Of a stretch of 64,000 nucleotides of DNA, positions 46,015 to 56,249 are shown one piece after another. Position 1 is the stretch's first letter. Each line of letters starts with the position of its first letter. The position numbers were made by a program, and so were the translations under genes. The stretch comes from a virus. Under the pieces are notes generated by a model that was given only the letters and a program-made list of their open reading frames with translations, was not told the origin of the DNA and did not search any database. The stretch is from IMG/VR virus record IMGVR_UViG_3300027987_000368, positions 1-64,000 of that record. One strand, written 5' to 3'.

Positions 46015-47315
46015 GCGAGAGGGTCGAGGTAGAGGATCTTCGTGCCGGGCAGCAGCCGCAGCATCTCAGGTCCCAGGGCGTTGGTGTCAATTACGCTGTC
46101 TACCGCGCGCTGCAGCACGTCGTCGTTGACAGCGCCGAGGTCGTCATACAACTCGGGGATCAGGGAGAAGACGTCGGTCGTCGTGATGATGGTGTGCGTG
46201 AGCAGCCGCGGCAGCGAGGCCGCGGTCTCCGCAAGAAATTGCCGCGTGGCCTGTCGCATCACGCGGGCATGCTGGTACACGTCACGATCGAGATTCCCCA
46301 GGGCGAACAGCGCCTCGAAGGCTGGCTCGAGCGCGTCGGCCACGGCCAGCACGCTGTTGACGGTGCCGAACTCGGTCGACGTGATCGCCAGGCAAACAGA
46401 CACGGTGACCGAGGACAAGACCAGCTGCGTGGCGGCGGCGACTTCGTCGACCTCCTCTAGATCTTCTTCGCTCGGTATCGGGACCAGGTCGGCCTGCAAC
46501 GTCGCCGCGCCGTCGTTGAAATTGACCCCGTCGAAGAGCGCGCCAACGAAGATGTCGGCAGCCTTGTTGCTCGTCGGATTTTGGATCACCGCCGAACCCG
46601 TATCTATGTCGCCCTGCGAAGCGAGCGAGGGCACGAGCGATAGCAGCTGGAGAGCAGCACCCATGAGCTGCATCGCCAGATTTTGCGGCGCGTTCAGGAT
46701 CTGCTCGAGGGTGCTCGCTATCGCCTGAATCGTTCCGGCGACATTGTTGACTGCTCCGAACGCTGCGGAGATTTTGCCCAGCGTATTCGTCAGCCATTCG
46801 AGCCCGGCCAGCAGCGTCTCGAGCTGTCCGTCGTAGGGGCCGTTCAGGCTCTGCCGGCGGCTGAAGTCGAGCGCCACCGCCTTGCTCAGCAGCGAGATCG
46901 CAGACTCGACGGCCGAGATCGCGGACTCCGAGAGGATCAGCTGCGGCTCTGCGTCGATGAGCGTGAGCGACCCCTCGCTCATGAGCTGGCGCGCCTCGTC
47001 GTATAGCGTCAGCGAGTACTCGCCATCGAGCCAAAGGCCCGTCACTTCTCCGAGCACGGGCGAGTTCAAGGTGAACGGTCCGCCAGCCAGAAACATCGCC
47101 CGCAGATCCAGCGACGCGGTCTCGTAGTCGGACACGATCCACTCGCCATCTTGGATCAACATGAAGTCGACACGGACCCGCTCCGGCGCCTGGCCGAGCG
47201 TGACCACGGTCGCGCCGTCGACGTTGGGCGCCTCCTTGATGACCGTGCGCTCGGACCCTGTGAGCGCCGTGGTCGTGATGAAGACCGGGATGTCGTTGAT
47301 GCTTCCGCGCTCCAT
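46011..47315 (-). CDS. Mu gpN-like DNA circularization/tail protein
   Basis: GSINDIPVF...E.P..DG...LG, LNSPVLG; C-terminal LPRL...LY.D...N..PG. Confidence 0.7.
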   Translation of the reverse strand: MERGSINDIPVFITTTALTGSERTVIKEAPNVDGATVVTLGQAPERVRVDFMLIQDGEWIVSDYETASLDLRAMFLAGGPFTLNSPVLGEVTGLWLDGEYSLTLYDEARQLMSEGSLTLIDAEPQLILSESAISAVESAISLLSKAVALDFSRRQSLNGPYDGQLETLLAGLEWLTNTLGKISAAFGAVNNVAGTIQAIASTLEQILNAPQNLAMQLMGAALQLLSLVPSLASQGDIDTGSAVIQNPTSNKAADIFVGALFDGVNFNDGAATLQADLVPIPSEEDLEEVDEVAAATQLVLSSVTVSVCLAITSTEFGTVNSVLAVADALEPAFEALFALGNLDRDVYQHARVMRQATRQFLAETAASLPRLLTHTIITTTDVFSLIPELYDDLGAVNDDVLQRAVDSVIDTNALGPEMLRLLPGTKILYLDPLA

Positions 47316-47962
47316 CAGGTCCCCTTCGCCTTCGTCGTCGCCGCCGCGTTGACCAGATCGTTGCCAGGGATCGCTGGCGGGATAATGGCTGTACCATTTA
47401 GGAATGCGGCAAAGTTGGTGAACGCCAGCACGCCGCCGTCATTGGGCGCAAAGTTCCCGAGCTGGATGGCATATGCGGCTGCCTGCACAAGGTGATTCTG
47501 CGCGAGCTGTGCCTTCAGTAAAGCCGCCGCCAGCGCGTCTCCGACGTTGACGACCTGGCCGTCGTCGACAAGGACCGTCACGTCGGACAGCGATCGAGCG
47601 GTCACAACGATGCCGCCGTCATCGTCAAGGTAGATCTCATGGCCACCAGCGGTCCAGAGCGCCACGTCGCCCGTTTCCGTCGCAGGCCGACCTGTGACGC
47701 TCGACACCAGCGCGACCAGATTGTCGACGTCTCCACCGGGCGCGAACACGAGCGCCTCACCAGATGGCGCAGAGCAGGCAAAGCCGTAGGGTTCGAGCAC
47801 GTCTGCGGAGTCATCACCGTCGAGCGTGCATGTTGGCCCCTCACCTGCTGTACCGGTCACCCCCGACGAGACAGACCACTCGACCATCGACTCGGTAGTG
47901 TCCCTGTCGCCGGCCTTGCGCTTGTCGATCAGCCTCACCAAGCCTTTCAAATTGACGTCCAT
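47315..47962 (-). CDS. Mu gp45-like baseplate spike
   Basis: EPYGFACSAP, GDVALW..GH.IYL. Confidence 0.8.
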   Translation of the reverse strand: MDVNLKGLVRLIDKRKAGDRDTTESMVEWSVSSGVTGTAGEGPTCTLDGDDSADVLEPYGFACSAPSGEALVFAPGGDVDNLVALVSSVTGRPATETGDVALWTAGGHEIYLDDDGGIVVTARSLSDVTVLVDDGQVVNVGDALAAALLKAQLAQNHLVQAAAYAIQLGNFAPNDGGVLAFTNFAAFLNGTAIIPPAIPGNDLVNAAATTKAKGT

Positions 47963-49197
47963 CAGGATCCCTCCGGTGGCTTGAACAGCAACTCGAGCTT
48001 CTTCTCGTCAAAGTCGATCGTGTCGCTCGCGTCGGCGATCTCCGTCACGAGTGCGCTGTGCTGACGCAACCACTCGGTGTTGGCCCGATACTGATTTCGG
48101 CGACCGCCGAACCCGCCACCGTCGACCGTGAAGTCGTCGAGCACAGCATGAGCATCTGGCGGCATGAACTCGAGCATGGTCTTGTCAGCTCCGCCGAGTT
48201 CGCGCGAGAGCGTCACCGACGTGAGCAGCATGGTGTCGAAAAAACCGCGCACGTTGTCCTCGAGCGGGTAGAGAGTGTTGGGCCAAAACATCGCCTGGCT
48301 GTTGTTCGGACTCCAGCCGTCGAGCTCGATCGATACTCGGATGGCCTCGGCCCTGCGCTTGCGAACCTCGTACTCGGCCTGTCGAAGCAGTTCGCCCTCA
48401 GTCCGAGCGCCCGCCTCCGCGTCGATGATCAGCGGGCTGTACCTGGCAGAGCTGTCGTAGGCTGGCGCGCCGAGCTGCGTGAGCCCGCCTCCGGCCTTCC
48501 GCTTCTTGCTCTTGCGACCGACGATGATCTCCGACTGGACCGCGCGGCCGTCCAACTCGTAGCCCCACGAGAGCACGCGCGCGTGCGGCCGCGCGATCGC
48601 GATCGGTGACGATCGGACGGCGTTGCGCGTGAGCCTGATCGACGCCTTCGCCTTGCGATCTGGGGTGACCGATGCCGCGCCGCTCACCAGGATGCAGCCC
48701 TGGCGCTTGGCCACCCTCTGGATAAACTCCCACGCGCCCTCGTTCTTCTTGATCTTGATCTTATCGATTGGAACATCGGCGATCTCGTTGCCGGTCTCGC
48801 CGACGTCGACCACGATGTCGAACGGCCGGACCACGCGCTCGATGATCTGCCGCGCCGACAGGTTGCGGAACACCCGGCTCGTCACGCTCTCGCCGTCGCC
48901 GATCTTGATCGACGACTTGGTCAGGCGCTGGGCCGAGGAGAACCCCGTGATCGACAGCGTGTCGGAGTTGGCGTCGCCATGGCTGCGGTAGTTCAGGACC
49001 TCGCCCACAAGCACGACGCGACCAGCGATCGCCACGGCCATCGAGTCGCCGATCCGCAGATCGGCCAGCGCGATGTCGTCGGCGACCTCGACCTGTACCT
49101 GGTCCGCGAGCTCGCTCACCGCAAGGCGCAGCGAGAACGACATCACGCGCTGCAGGTTCTTACCGCCGATCTGCACGACAAGGGACGGGAGGGTCAT
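47962..49197 (-). CDS. Mu gpP (gp44)-like baseplate hub
   Basis: E.AWEFIQRVAKRQG, RYSPLII, DGW...WPN. Confidence 0.8.
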   Translation of the reverse strand: MTLPSLVVQIGGKNLQRVMSFSLRLAVSELADQVQVEVADDIALADLRIGDSMAVAIAGRVVLVGEVLNYRSHGDANSDTLSITGFSSAQRLTKSSIKIGDGESVTSRVFRNLSARQIIERVVRPFDIVVDVGETGNEIADVPIDKIKIKKNEGAWEFIQRVAKRQGCILVSGAASVTPDRKAKASIRLTRNAVRSSPIAIARPHARVLSWGYELDGRAVQSEIIVGRKSKKRKAGGGLTQLGAPAYDSSARYSPLIIDAEAGARTEGELLRQAEYEVRKRRAEAIRVSIELDGWSPNNSQAMFWPNTLYPLEDNVRGFFDTMLLTSVTLSRELGGADKTMLEFMPPDAHAVLDDFTVDGGGFGGRRNQYRANTEWLRQHSALVTEIADASDTIDFDEKKLELLFKPPEGS

Positions 49198-51686
49198 GAG
49201 GAGATCCCTGCTTCCATGCTCGGGCCCGTCGTCTTGGTCGTGTTGGCTGCTACCATCTTCGTCGCGTCGATGAGCTCCTGCATCGCGGCGAGCGTGCCGC
49301 CCTCCCCCGAGAAGCCGGTGGGCGCGGTGAATGCTGCCTCGCCGAGGTTCAGCGTCGCGCCATATTGCTTATCAAATGCGGCAAGATCAGCCTCGGCGCG
49401 CGCGGCCTGCATATCCAGATCTTCGGTCACGCCGGACGCAACATTGAGCAATCCCGACCAACCACCAAGGCTCTTTTGCAAGAGGTTCGCGTCTTCGGCA
49501 ACCCCACCAACTCGAGACTCGGTCGCTGCCGAACGCGCCGATTTCGTCACGGAGATCAGTCGGCTGCGTCGCTCCATGAGCAACTCCGCATCGGTCTTCT
49601 GAACCGGACCCAACGTCGAGCCCGAGACCGCGGCGATTTCCGCGTCGATCGCCGCCTTCGCCTTCTTTCCGCGGGCACCTTTTCGCTGCTCTTCGAGTTC
49701 GGCGATCCTAGTCGCCTTATCGGCCTCGAACTTGGTCCTCTCTACGGCCGTTGCCTCGCGCATAAACGAGATGTTTTTCTGCTGTTCCTCTATTGACTTG
49801 ATCGTCTCCTCGTACTTGGTGAGCGACGTCTGGGCCTGGTCGAGCACGAGGTTGAAGGCGGTGATGGCCACGGCCGCGCCAGCAAAGATCGCCGGCATCG
49901 CACCAACCATCGCTTTCATCCCACCGCCGATCTTGGACGTCATGCTCATCGCCGTCCCCTGCTTTGTGACTGCCGTGCTCAGCGTATCAGTCGCGCTGCT
50001 CAGCTTCATGTTTCCCAGCTGCGTGACGCCCGAGAGCGCCTGCCACATCGAGTAGACGCTGATCAGAGCACCAGCTGCCTTCGCGGCGACGGCCGTCCCT
50101 ATGGCCACCTTGGCTAGCGTTCCGGCAAGGTTGGGGTTTTCCTTTATCCAGTCCCGCGTCCCAGAAATTATCGGCATCACAACGTCGGACAATTCGAGCA
50201 GTGCTGGGACAAGCTCCTGGCCCGCCTGGATCTTCAGCAACTCCCACTGGGCCTCAAGCTTCGCGGCCTTCTGGGCGGCCGTGTTCGACATCTTGGCGTA
50301 GGCAGCCTCGGCCTTGCCTGCCGAGTTGGTCGCGTCACCCAATACGCTGTGGAAGCCCTCGAGGTCCTGAACGAGTCCGCCGATCGCTGCCTGGGCTTCG
50401 GACGATTCGAACAGCTTACCCAGCGTTTGGGCGCTGTACTTCTCGGAAGCGGCGATCTGCATCACCCACGCCTCGAGCCCGCCAGCAGCCTTGATTCCCG
50501 CCGCGCTGAAGTCGATCCCGAGCTTCTCGGCCTCTTCGCGAGCCATCTTGCTCGGCTTGGAGATGTTCACCAACGCCTGATTGAGCCCCTTCGAAGCGAC
50601 CGCGCTCGACTTCATCTTCAGAGACAGGAAGGAAACCGCGGCGGCGGTCTCCTCCATCGATAGCCCCGCACGAGATGCGCTGTTGGCCACTTGCGGAAGC
50701 GCGCCGGCCATCTCCGACACCGTCGTCTGGCCGCGCTGCACGGCCGCGAACATGATGTCAGACGCCTTTTCGGACGTGACTCCGAAGTTGGCGACACTCT
50801 TGCTGATCGCTAGAACAGCTTCCTCCTGCGTCGCCACACCGCCGATCGCCAGCTTGTTTGCCGCTGTCAGCTGCGACTGCGCTTCGGCAGCTGTCGATGC
50901 GCCGGCGGACACGATCGAGTAGAAGGCCTTGACCTGCTCTGTCGGCAGCCCGCCGAACTCCGCCGCGGCGTCCTTTGTGGCTTTCTGGATCTGGTCGATC
51001 GAGATGTCGTCGGTCAGCGTGCTGACTTCGACGACCGCCTTCTCGTAGTCCTTGAAGGCGTCGAATGTCCCGCGGATCCCCTGCTCGACTTGGCTACCGA
51101 ACTGCTCGAATTCACCGCCGGCGGCCGCGAGGTTCTCGGCGAACTCGAGCTTGCCGAACGGGCCCATCTTGGCCTTTCCTGGCTTGCTCGGGTCGGCGCC
51201 AAGAGATGTTTTGGCCGCGTTGCGAGCTGCTCGGCGTCGGCGCGAGTTGATCTCGCGCTGCGTCTCGACCTCCTGCAGCTGCGCGTCCGACAGCCTGTTG
51301 AGGTTCTTCGCCGCTCGCTGCGACGCGCGGACGCGCTGCTGCCCCGCGCGCGCGAGCATGGACACCTGTCGCTCGGCATCGCGCGACTCCTTTCGATACG
51401 ATTTTTGGCGCGAGCGCTGTGCGGACTGCAGCGCCTTGTCGAAGCTGGTCCTCGTGTCTCGAGGTCCGGCGCCGCTGGCTCGCGATGCGCCGCCACCCCC
51501 ACGTCCACCACCACGACCCGCGCCGGCGAGCGAGCCGAGCGACCCACTGCCGAGGCCACCCATCGCCTTGTTGGCGCGGCCAAGGGAGTCAGCGAACCCG
51601 TCGGCAAGCTTCGTCGCGCTCGTCAGCCACTTGTGGACGCCCTTGTCACGCGCCTTGGCCTGGAGGATGACGTTGATCGTGGGCAT
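49194..51686 (-). CDS. Tail tape measure protein (TP901-type core)
   Basis: Ala-rich helical protein; AFYSIVSAG, GQTTVSEMAGAL. Confidence 0.9.
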   Translation of the reverse strand: MPTINVILQAKARDKGVHKWLTSATKLADGFADSLGRANKAMGGLGSGSLGSLAGAGRGGGRGGGGASRASGAGPRDTRTSFDKALQSAQRSRQKSYRKESRDAERQVSMLARAGQQRVRASQRAAKNLNRLSDAQLQEVETQREINSRRRRAARNAAKTSLGADPSKPGKAKMGPFGKLEFAENLAAAGGEFEQFGSQVEQGIRGTFDAFKDYEKAVVEVSTLTDDISIDQIQKATKDAAAEFGGLPTEQVKAFYSIVSAGASTAAEAQSQLTAANKLAIGGVATQEEAVLAISKSVANFGVTSEKASDIMFAAVQRGQTTVSEMAGALPQVANSASRAGLSMEETAAAVSFLSLKMKSSAVASKGLNQALVNISKPSKMAREEAEKLGIDFSAAGIKAAGGLEAWVMQIAASEKYSAQTLGKLFESSEAQAAIGGLVQDLEGFHSVLGDATNSAGKAEAAYAKMSNTAAQKAAKLEAQWELLKIQAGQELVPALLELSDVVMPIISGTRDWIKENPNLAGTLAKVAIGTAVAAKAAGALISVYSMWQALSGVTQLGNMKLSSATDTLSTAVTKQGTAMSMTSKIGGGMKAMVGAMPAIFAGAAVAITAFNLVLDQAQTSLTKYEETIKSIEEQQKNISFMREATAVERTKFEADKATRIAELEEQRKGARGKKAKAAIDAEIAAVSGSTLGPVQKTDAELLMERRSRLISVTKSARSAATESRVGGVAEDANLLQKSLGGWSGLLNVASGVTEDLDMQAARAEADLAAFDKQYGATLNLGEAAFTAPTGFSGEGGTLAAMQELIDATKMVAANTTKTTGPSMEAGISS

Positions 51687-52678
51687 CTATCGTCGTCGTC
51701 CGAGTAGGGCCGCGAGAACGGCTGAGAGGGCGTGGGCGTTGGCGTGAGCGGTGCGGGTGCGCTGGCGTTCGGCGTCGAGCGCGAGCGCGTTGAGCTCGCC
51801 GAGAGTCAGGTCGTCGATGTCTTCGGGGCGCCAGCCGCCGTAGACGTGGAAGAGAGTCGCGCACCGATTGCGGTGTTCTGCTGCTGTCCCGCTTTTTTTT
51901 TGAGTGCCTCGAACGCGTCCCACGCATGGATGGCATCCTCGGTGCGGAGCGCGAGCATCATCCCCAGCGCGCGATCGCTGGCCTTGGCCAGTGCTACGAG
52001 GCGCCCCATCCACTCGCTCTTCTCGCGCGCGGCGGTCCCCGTGTGCAGTCGCATGTGACCCGCTCGGACCGGCCCGATCGACAGGACCCCGACGCCAGGA
52101 GTGCGGCAGCGGACGCGCGCCGTGGTGCCATCGATCTCAGTGAGCAGCGCCTGCGCGACCTCGATCCACGCGAGCTCGGGCGCGCCTGCGATGAGCTGCT
52201 TGCCCCCACCTTCGAAGTAGATCTCCTTGCAGATGTTGGCGGCGTCTCGACCAGCGGCACGCACGCACAAGGCGATCCCGCCCTCGACGTCGGCCGGATC
52301 CATGCGCCACTCGACCGTGTCGAGATCGAGGCCCATGGCGCGGGCAAACACCTCGTGCTTGATCCGGTCGTCGAGATGGGCAACGCACAGGTCCGAGGCC
52401 GTGAAGCCGCGGATCGTGATCTTGGTCGGCCGCTCGTCTTCGGACTCCTGGATCTCGAGCCCGTCGGGTGCCAGGCGTGGCTCGATCGGGACCAGGTCGA
52501 CCTCGTACGGATCGGTCGTGTCCTCGGCTGGCGCCGCGATGGCGTCCACCGCGTTGGCGATGGCGAACCAACCTCGACCGCCGTCCTCGAGCTGCTCGAT
52601 CGGCAACAGCAGCGCCCCGTCTTCATCGACCGGGCACACGGACCGAAACGCGGCGTAGAGCTGAGCGGCGTCAGCCAA
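51687..52678 (-). CDS. Tail assembly chaperone: short form 52678-51806, -1 frameshift extension to 51687
   Basis: Between tube and tape measure; A9 run at 51893-51901; the -1 frame encodes YGGWRPEDIDDLTLGEL. Confidence 0.8.
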
Positions 52679-52680
52679 GA

Positions 52681-53055
52681 TCAGCTGCCCTTCTTGGTCT
52701 GAAGGACCTGCTTGCCGTTGTACGTGATCGCAACATCGCCCGAGCCACCGGAGAACGACGGAGGATCCGTGTTGAACGCCGAGCGCATCAGCCACTCATC
52801 GCCGGTGTCGGTCTGAATGCGGATGTCGACATTGACCGCGGTGAACGCCGCCACGATGTCCGTGCCCGCCTCGACCGCGCAGGTAAGCGAGACCTCGGCC
52901 GCGGTACCTTGGCGCGTCGAGCCGACGACCTCCTGTCCTGCGAGCACGGGCGTGTTGGTGAACCCGCCGAAGTTGATCGACGCGGTCCCGTCCTTGACCA
53001 GCACCTTGCGAGTGCCGATCACCACTGCTCGAACGTCGCTGATTAGTCGGGCCAT
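52681..53055 (-). CDS. Tail tube protein
   Basis: 124 aa directly after the sheath; Mu gpM-like. Confidence 0.8.
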   Translation of the reverse strand: MARLISDVRAVVIGTRKVLVKDGTASINFGGFTNTPVLAGQEVVGSTRQGTAAEVSLTCAVEAGTDIVAAFTAVNVDIRIQTDTGDEWLMRSAFNTDPPSFSGGSGDVAITYNGKQVLQTKKGS

Positions 53056-53058
53056 GGA

Positions 53059-54489
53059 TTATCCTTGCACGCTGAATGCGGTCACGACGTCGATCGTGCC
53101 GGTGTTGATGTAGTTCGTGCCCGGGATCGGCGGGCTCGTGTTGATCGTCAACTCGTTCGCGCCCGAGCGCACGACCTGGAGATTCGTCTCGTAGTACTCG
53201 GCGTTGTCCGTCCACGCCCGGGCCTGGAACACCTCGCGGTTGAGCGAGATCATCACCTGCCTGACGCCCTCGGGGTCGATGACCTTGTCCGCCGTGTCGA
53301 CGTCGTACTGGACCGCGCCGACGTCGTCGACCAGCGTCTTGCCGATGTAGGGCTGGAGCGTGATGAGCTGCAGCTGTCGGATCTCGGCGGCGGTCAGCTT
53401 GGTCTCGGCGTCCTGGAAGATCTCCGAAGGCTGCCCGAGGCCGTTGAGCTTGTAGAGCGTGATCATTCGCTGCACGCGGGTCTTGCCCGCCACGTAGTGA
53501 AACGTGGCGATCCCGCTCGAGAGCAGCGTCTGCTGATCCGCTGGCTGCAAGTACTCGGTCTCGTCGGGCGCTACCAGGCCAGGGATGTCCAAGTCGTAGA
53601 GCGTCAGCTTGGGATTCTCGACGCTGGCACGCAGACCAGCGACGCGCCCCGCCCACGCCCACGGGTTCGCGGGAACATAGGGATCACCAAAGATGGTGAT
53701 GTGCTTGGTGTCCTCGCCGAGCCCGAGCGTTGCCAGGGTGCCGACCGTGTCTCGGCGACCAATGAATGCGTGCCCGTCGATCTGCCGCGACTCGGTCCAG
53801 CGGTCGTCGAGCTCGGCGATCGCAGCTGTGAGGTTGAGCGCGGCCGTGTCGGGCAGGACCCAGTACTTGTAGCGCGTGCCGCCGAGCACCGCGATCGCAG
53901 CTGCAAGGTCGGGGTCGCCGGCCCCGGCCGACATCGCTACCGGGGCAATCGTGATGCCGGGGGTGTCCTGCAACACCTTGAACCGGATCTGGTTGCCGTG
54001 AGCTCCGATGCTGCGGGCCGTGAGCGTCTGGACGCCAGCCAATACGCTGCTGGTCACGTGCAGATCAAGGTATTCGTTGACCGCAGCGTCGGCAGCAGCA
54101 GCGACCGTGCCGAAGGCATCTCCGATCGCTACTGGCACAACGATCGACTGATCTTCGACCTGCAGGATGACCGGCGTCGCCGTGGTCGCCGCGCCTGTGT
54201 AGGTGAGCGTCCCCGTGGCAGCAACGCCCGCGGGGGCGTCCATCAACACCAGAGTCACATCCGCGCTGCGGTAGGCACCGAAGACAGCGACGACCTCCTG
54301 GTGCGCTTGCGATCCGCGGCCTGCATAGCTGGCCGCTTCATCTGGCGAAAACACTCGTGTCGGGGTGTTGATCGCGAGCGAGCCCGCGACAGTTTTTATC
54401 CCAAACACGAGGATCTTGTTCGCGGTGAACAGCGACCCAGTTCGTAGATCGCTGATCGTGTAGCGTCCGCCTGGTACCAAAATGGCCAT
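53059..54489 (-). CDS. Tail sheath protein (Mu gpL-like)
   Basis: GRGSQ, MSAGAGDPD, LLSSGIAT, RMITLYK.N..G. Confidence 0.92.
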   Translation of the reverse strand: MAILVPGGRYTISDLRTGSLFTANKILVFGIKTVAGSLAINTPTRVFSPDEAASYAGRGSQAHQEVVAVFGAYRSADVTLVLMDAPAGVAATGTLTYTGAATTATPVILQVEDQSIVVPVAIGDAFGTVAAAADAAVNEYLDLHVTSSVLAGVQTLTARSIGAHGNQIRFKVLQDTPGITIAPVAMSAGAGDPDLAAAIAVLGGTRYKYWVLPDTAALNLTAAIAELDDRWTESRQIDGHAFIGRRDTVGTLATLGLGEDTKHITIFGDPYVPANPWAWAGRVAGLRASVENPKLTLYDLDIPGLVAPDETEYLQPADQQTLLSSGIATFHYVAGKTRVQRMITLYKLNGLGQPSEIFQDAETKLTAAEIRQLQLITLQPYIGKTLVDDVGAVQYDVDTADKVIDPEGVRQVMISLNREVFQARAWTDNAEYYETNLQVVRSGANELTINTSPPIPGTNYINTGTIDVVTAFSVQG

Positions 54490-54755
54490 TAGTTGCCGTC
54501 CTTCTTGCTGCGATCTGCGTGTTGTTTGGGCAAGGCCTTGGCCTGCTCGACCTTCTCGACCGAGCCCTCGATGATGCGGCGCGTCCAGTATGACCCAGAC
54601 GTGCCATCCATCGAGACCGTGTCTCCCTCGGCGAGAAGCACCTTCAGGCGACCTCCGGCCACTGGCGGATAGGGGATCGTGGCCGTCTGTGGTCCACGAC
54701 CAGCGTCGACCATCTTCGGCCTGATGAAAATTCGCTTGGGTGTCTTGGCCATCAT
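54489..54755 (-). CDS. DUF2635-like small protein
   Basis: IFIRP...L.AEG..V....YWTRRIIEGSV just upstream of the sheath. Confidence 0.7.
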   Translation of the reverse strand: MMAKTPKRIFIRPKMVDAGRGPQTATIPYPPVAGGRLKVLLAEGDTVSMDGTSGSYWTRRIIEGSVEKVEQAKALPKQHADRSKKDGN

Positions 54756-55360
54756 GTCACCTGGAACTTGACTTCATCTCCGTTGGGGTCGCCGTCGTAG
54801 GCATCGGTGCCGTCGATCAGCAGCAGCACGCCGTCGCCTGGGCGTTCGCGGCCAGCTGCACCGAGAGAGATCTCTTGCTGCCACTGGATGCCCCAGATCG
54901 TGTAGGCGGTCTTCTCGTCTTTGTCGAGGTACCGCGCCCGGAACCTGACGGATCCTGCGACCGGTGGCTTGCTGAAAATATTGTCGACGTCCGCGTCGCG
55001 GAACACGTCGGCGTAGACGAAGCGCATCGCCTCTCCGATGAAATCGAGCGCGTCTGTTGTTCGGTCGATCAGCACGCCTCGAACGATCACGTACCAGACG
55101 AATGTCGGCGTGCACTGGATCGTCATCCCGTGGCCGTTGCGCACCGCATCCCCATCAACAACCGTCACGATGCTGCGCGGCGCCATGCCTGCATGCCGCA
55201 TGATGAACCCTTGGGTCACGGGCCCGCTGTGCCCGATCGTCTCGTGCTTGGCGTGAGGCCCCATCCACGCCTGTACCTGCGCGACGACAATGTCGCGAGC
55301 CTTCCGCAAATTGCTTTGCGGTCGCGGGCTTGGAAGCACTGGCTCGGTGACAGCCATCAC
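54752..55360 (-). CDS. Probable tail terminator (Mu gp37-like)
   Basis: Position; WGIQWQQ. Confidence 0.55.
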   Translation of the reverse strand: MMAVTEPVLPSPRPQSNLRKARDIVVAQVQAWMGPHAKHETIGHSGPVTQGFIMRHAGMAPRSIVTVVDGDAVRNGHGMTIQCTPTFVWYVIVRGVLIDRTTDALDFIGEAMRFVYADVFRDADVDNIFSKPPVAGSVRFRARYLDKDEKTAYTIWGIQWQQEISLGAAGRERPGDGVLLLIDGTDAYDGDPNGDEVKFQVT

Positions 55361-55779
55361 CAGCCCCTTTCGAAGTCAGCCGGGAAGATCGAGTCGAGCG
55401 ACTTGCCGAGCTCGCGGCTGAGCCCGACGTACTCGCGCTTGGGCAATCGTCCGTCGCGTGACCCCGTCTGGTGCACGACCGCGTAGGGCAGCGGCGAGCC
55501 GAACCCAAGCACGTCGCCGGTGCGGTCGGACTCGAGCGAGTCCGCCAGCGAGCCCGTCGAGAACAGCAGCTTGTGCTGAGGCCCGCGTGTCGCCGCGTAG
55601 TCGGGCGACCAGTCATCCCAGACCTTGCCGCTGGGGCTCACCTTGTCGTCCTCGAGCCGCAGCCGCGTGTCTTCTTCGAGGGCCTCGCCGAACACGTCGA
55701 GTACGCGGCCGGGCCACCAGTGTTTCCACCGGGCCTCGAGCATCTCGAACTCGAACAGGCCATCGAGTTGGAGGTCCAT
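55357..55779 (-). CDS. Virion morphogenesis protein (Mu gpG-like)
   Basis: PSG..W..WSP.Y, L..TGSLADS, GSPLPYAVVHQ.G, LPKREYVGLS. Confidence 0.85.
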   Translation of the reverse strand: MDLQLDGLFEFEMLEARWKHWWPGRVLDVFGEALEEDTRLRLEDDKVSPSGKVWDDWSPDYAATRGPQHKLLFSTGSLADSLESDRTGDVLGFGSPLPYAVVHQTGSRDGRLPKREYVGLSRELGKSLDSIFPADFERGW

Positions 55780-56246
55780 CAGCACCCACACTTTCCGAGT
55801 TTGCCGATCGGGAAGACGCGGACGATCGGCCCGCGGTACGCCGGGCGCGGCGCGACGATGCCGAGGTCGAGGCGCTTGTTGGCGATGTCGTCGAAGTAGG
55901 CCTTGACCTCCTCGACGCTGCGCTTGATGCGGTCCGTCAATACGCCGTCATCTGCTAGCGCATCCCGGGCGGCGATCTTGGCGGCCGCATGACGAAGGTG
56001 CGGTGGGATCGTAGTCGGGAGCGCGAGGTAGGCCTGAAGGATCCGCGTGTCGAGGGCGGAGCTCGCGGTCTCGATCGTCGCGTCGATCCGCAGCAAGATC
56101 GTCGTGGGGATGTCGAAGGTCAGGCCGTCGATGTCGAACGATGTCAGCGGCGTCAGCCACAACTGCGCGTCGAAGTGCATGCGAACATTGTCCTCGGTAC
56201 CTCCGTACCAACGGACAACATCCTCACGCTCGCAGTAGTTCGGCAT
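55779..56246 (-). CDS. Head-tail adaptor (Mu gp36/DUF1320-like)
   Basis: YC..EDV, Y.ALP...P..L...AAKIA, DIA..RLDLG. Confidence 0.75.
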   Translation of the reverse strand: MPNYCEREDVVRWYGGTEDNVRMHFDAQLWLTPLTSFDIDGLTFDIPTTILLRIDATIETASSALDTRILQAYLALPTTIPPHLRHAAAKIAARDALADDGVLTDRIKRSVEEVKAYFDDIANKRLDLGIVAPRPAYRGPIVRVFPIGKLGKCGC

Positions 56247-56249
56247 GGA

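Noticed and set aside
43499-55360. Stand-alone tailocin or contractile injection system
   Set aside because: Contiguous capsid, protease and portal-like genes indicate a complete phage virion module
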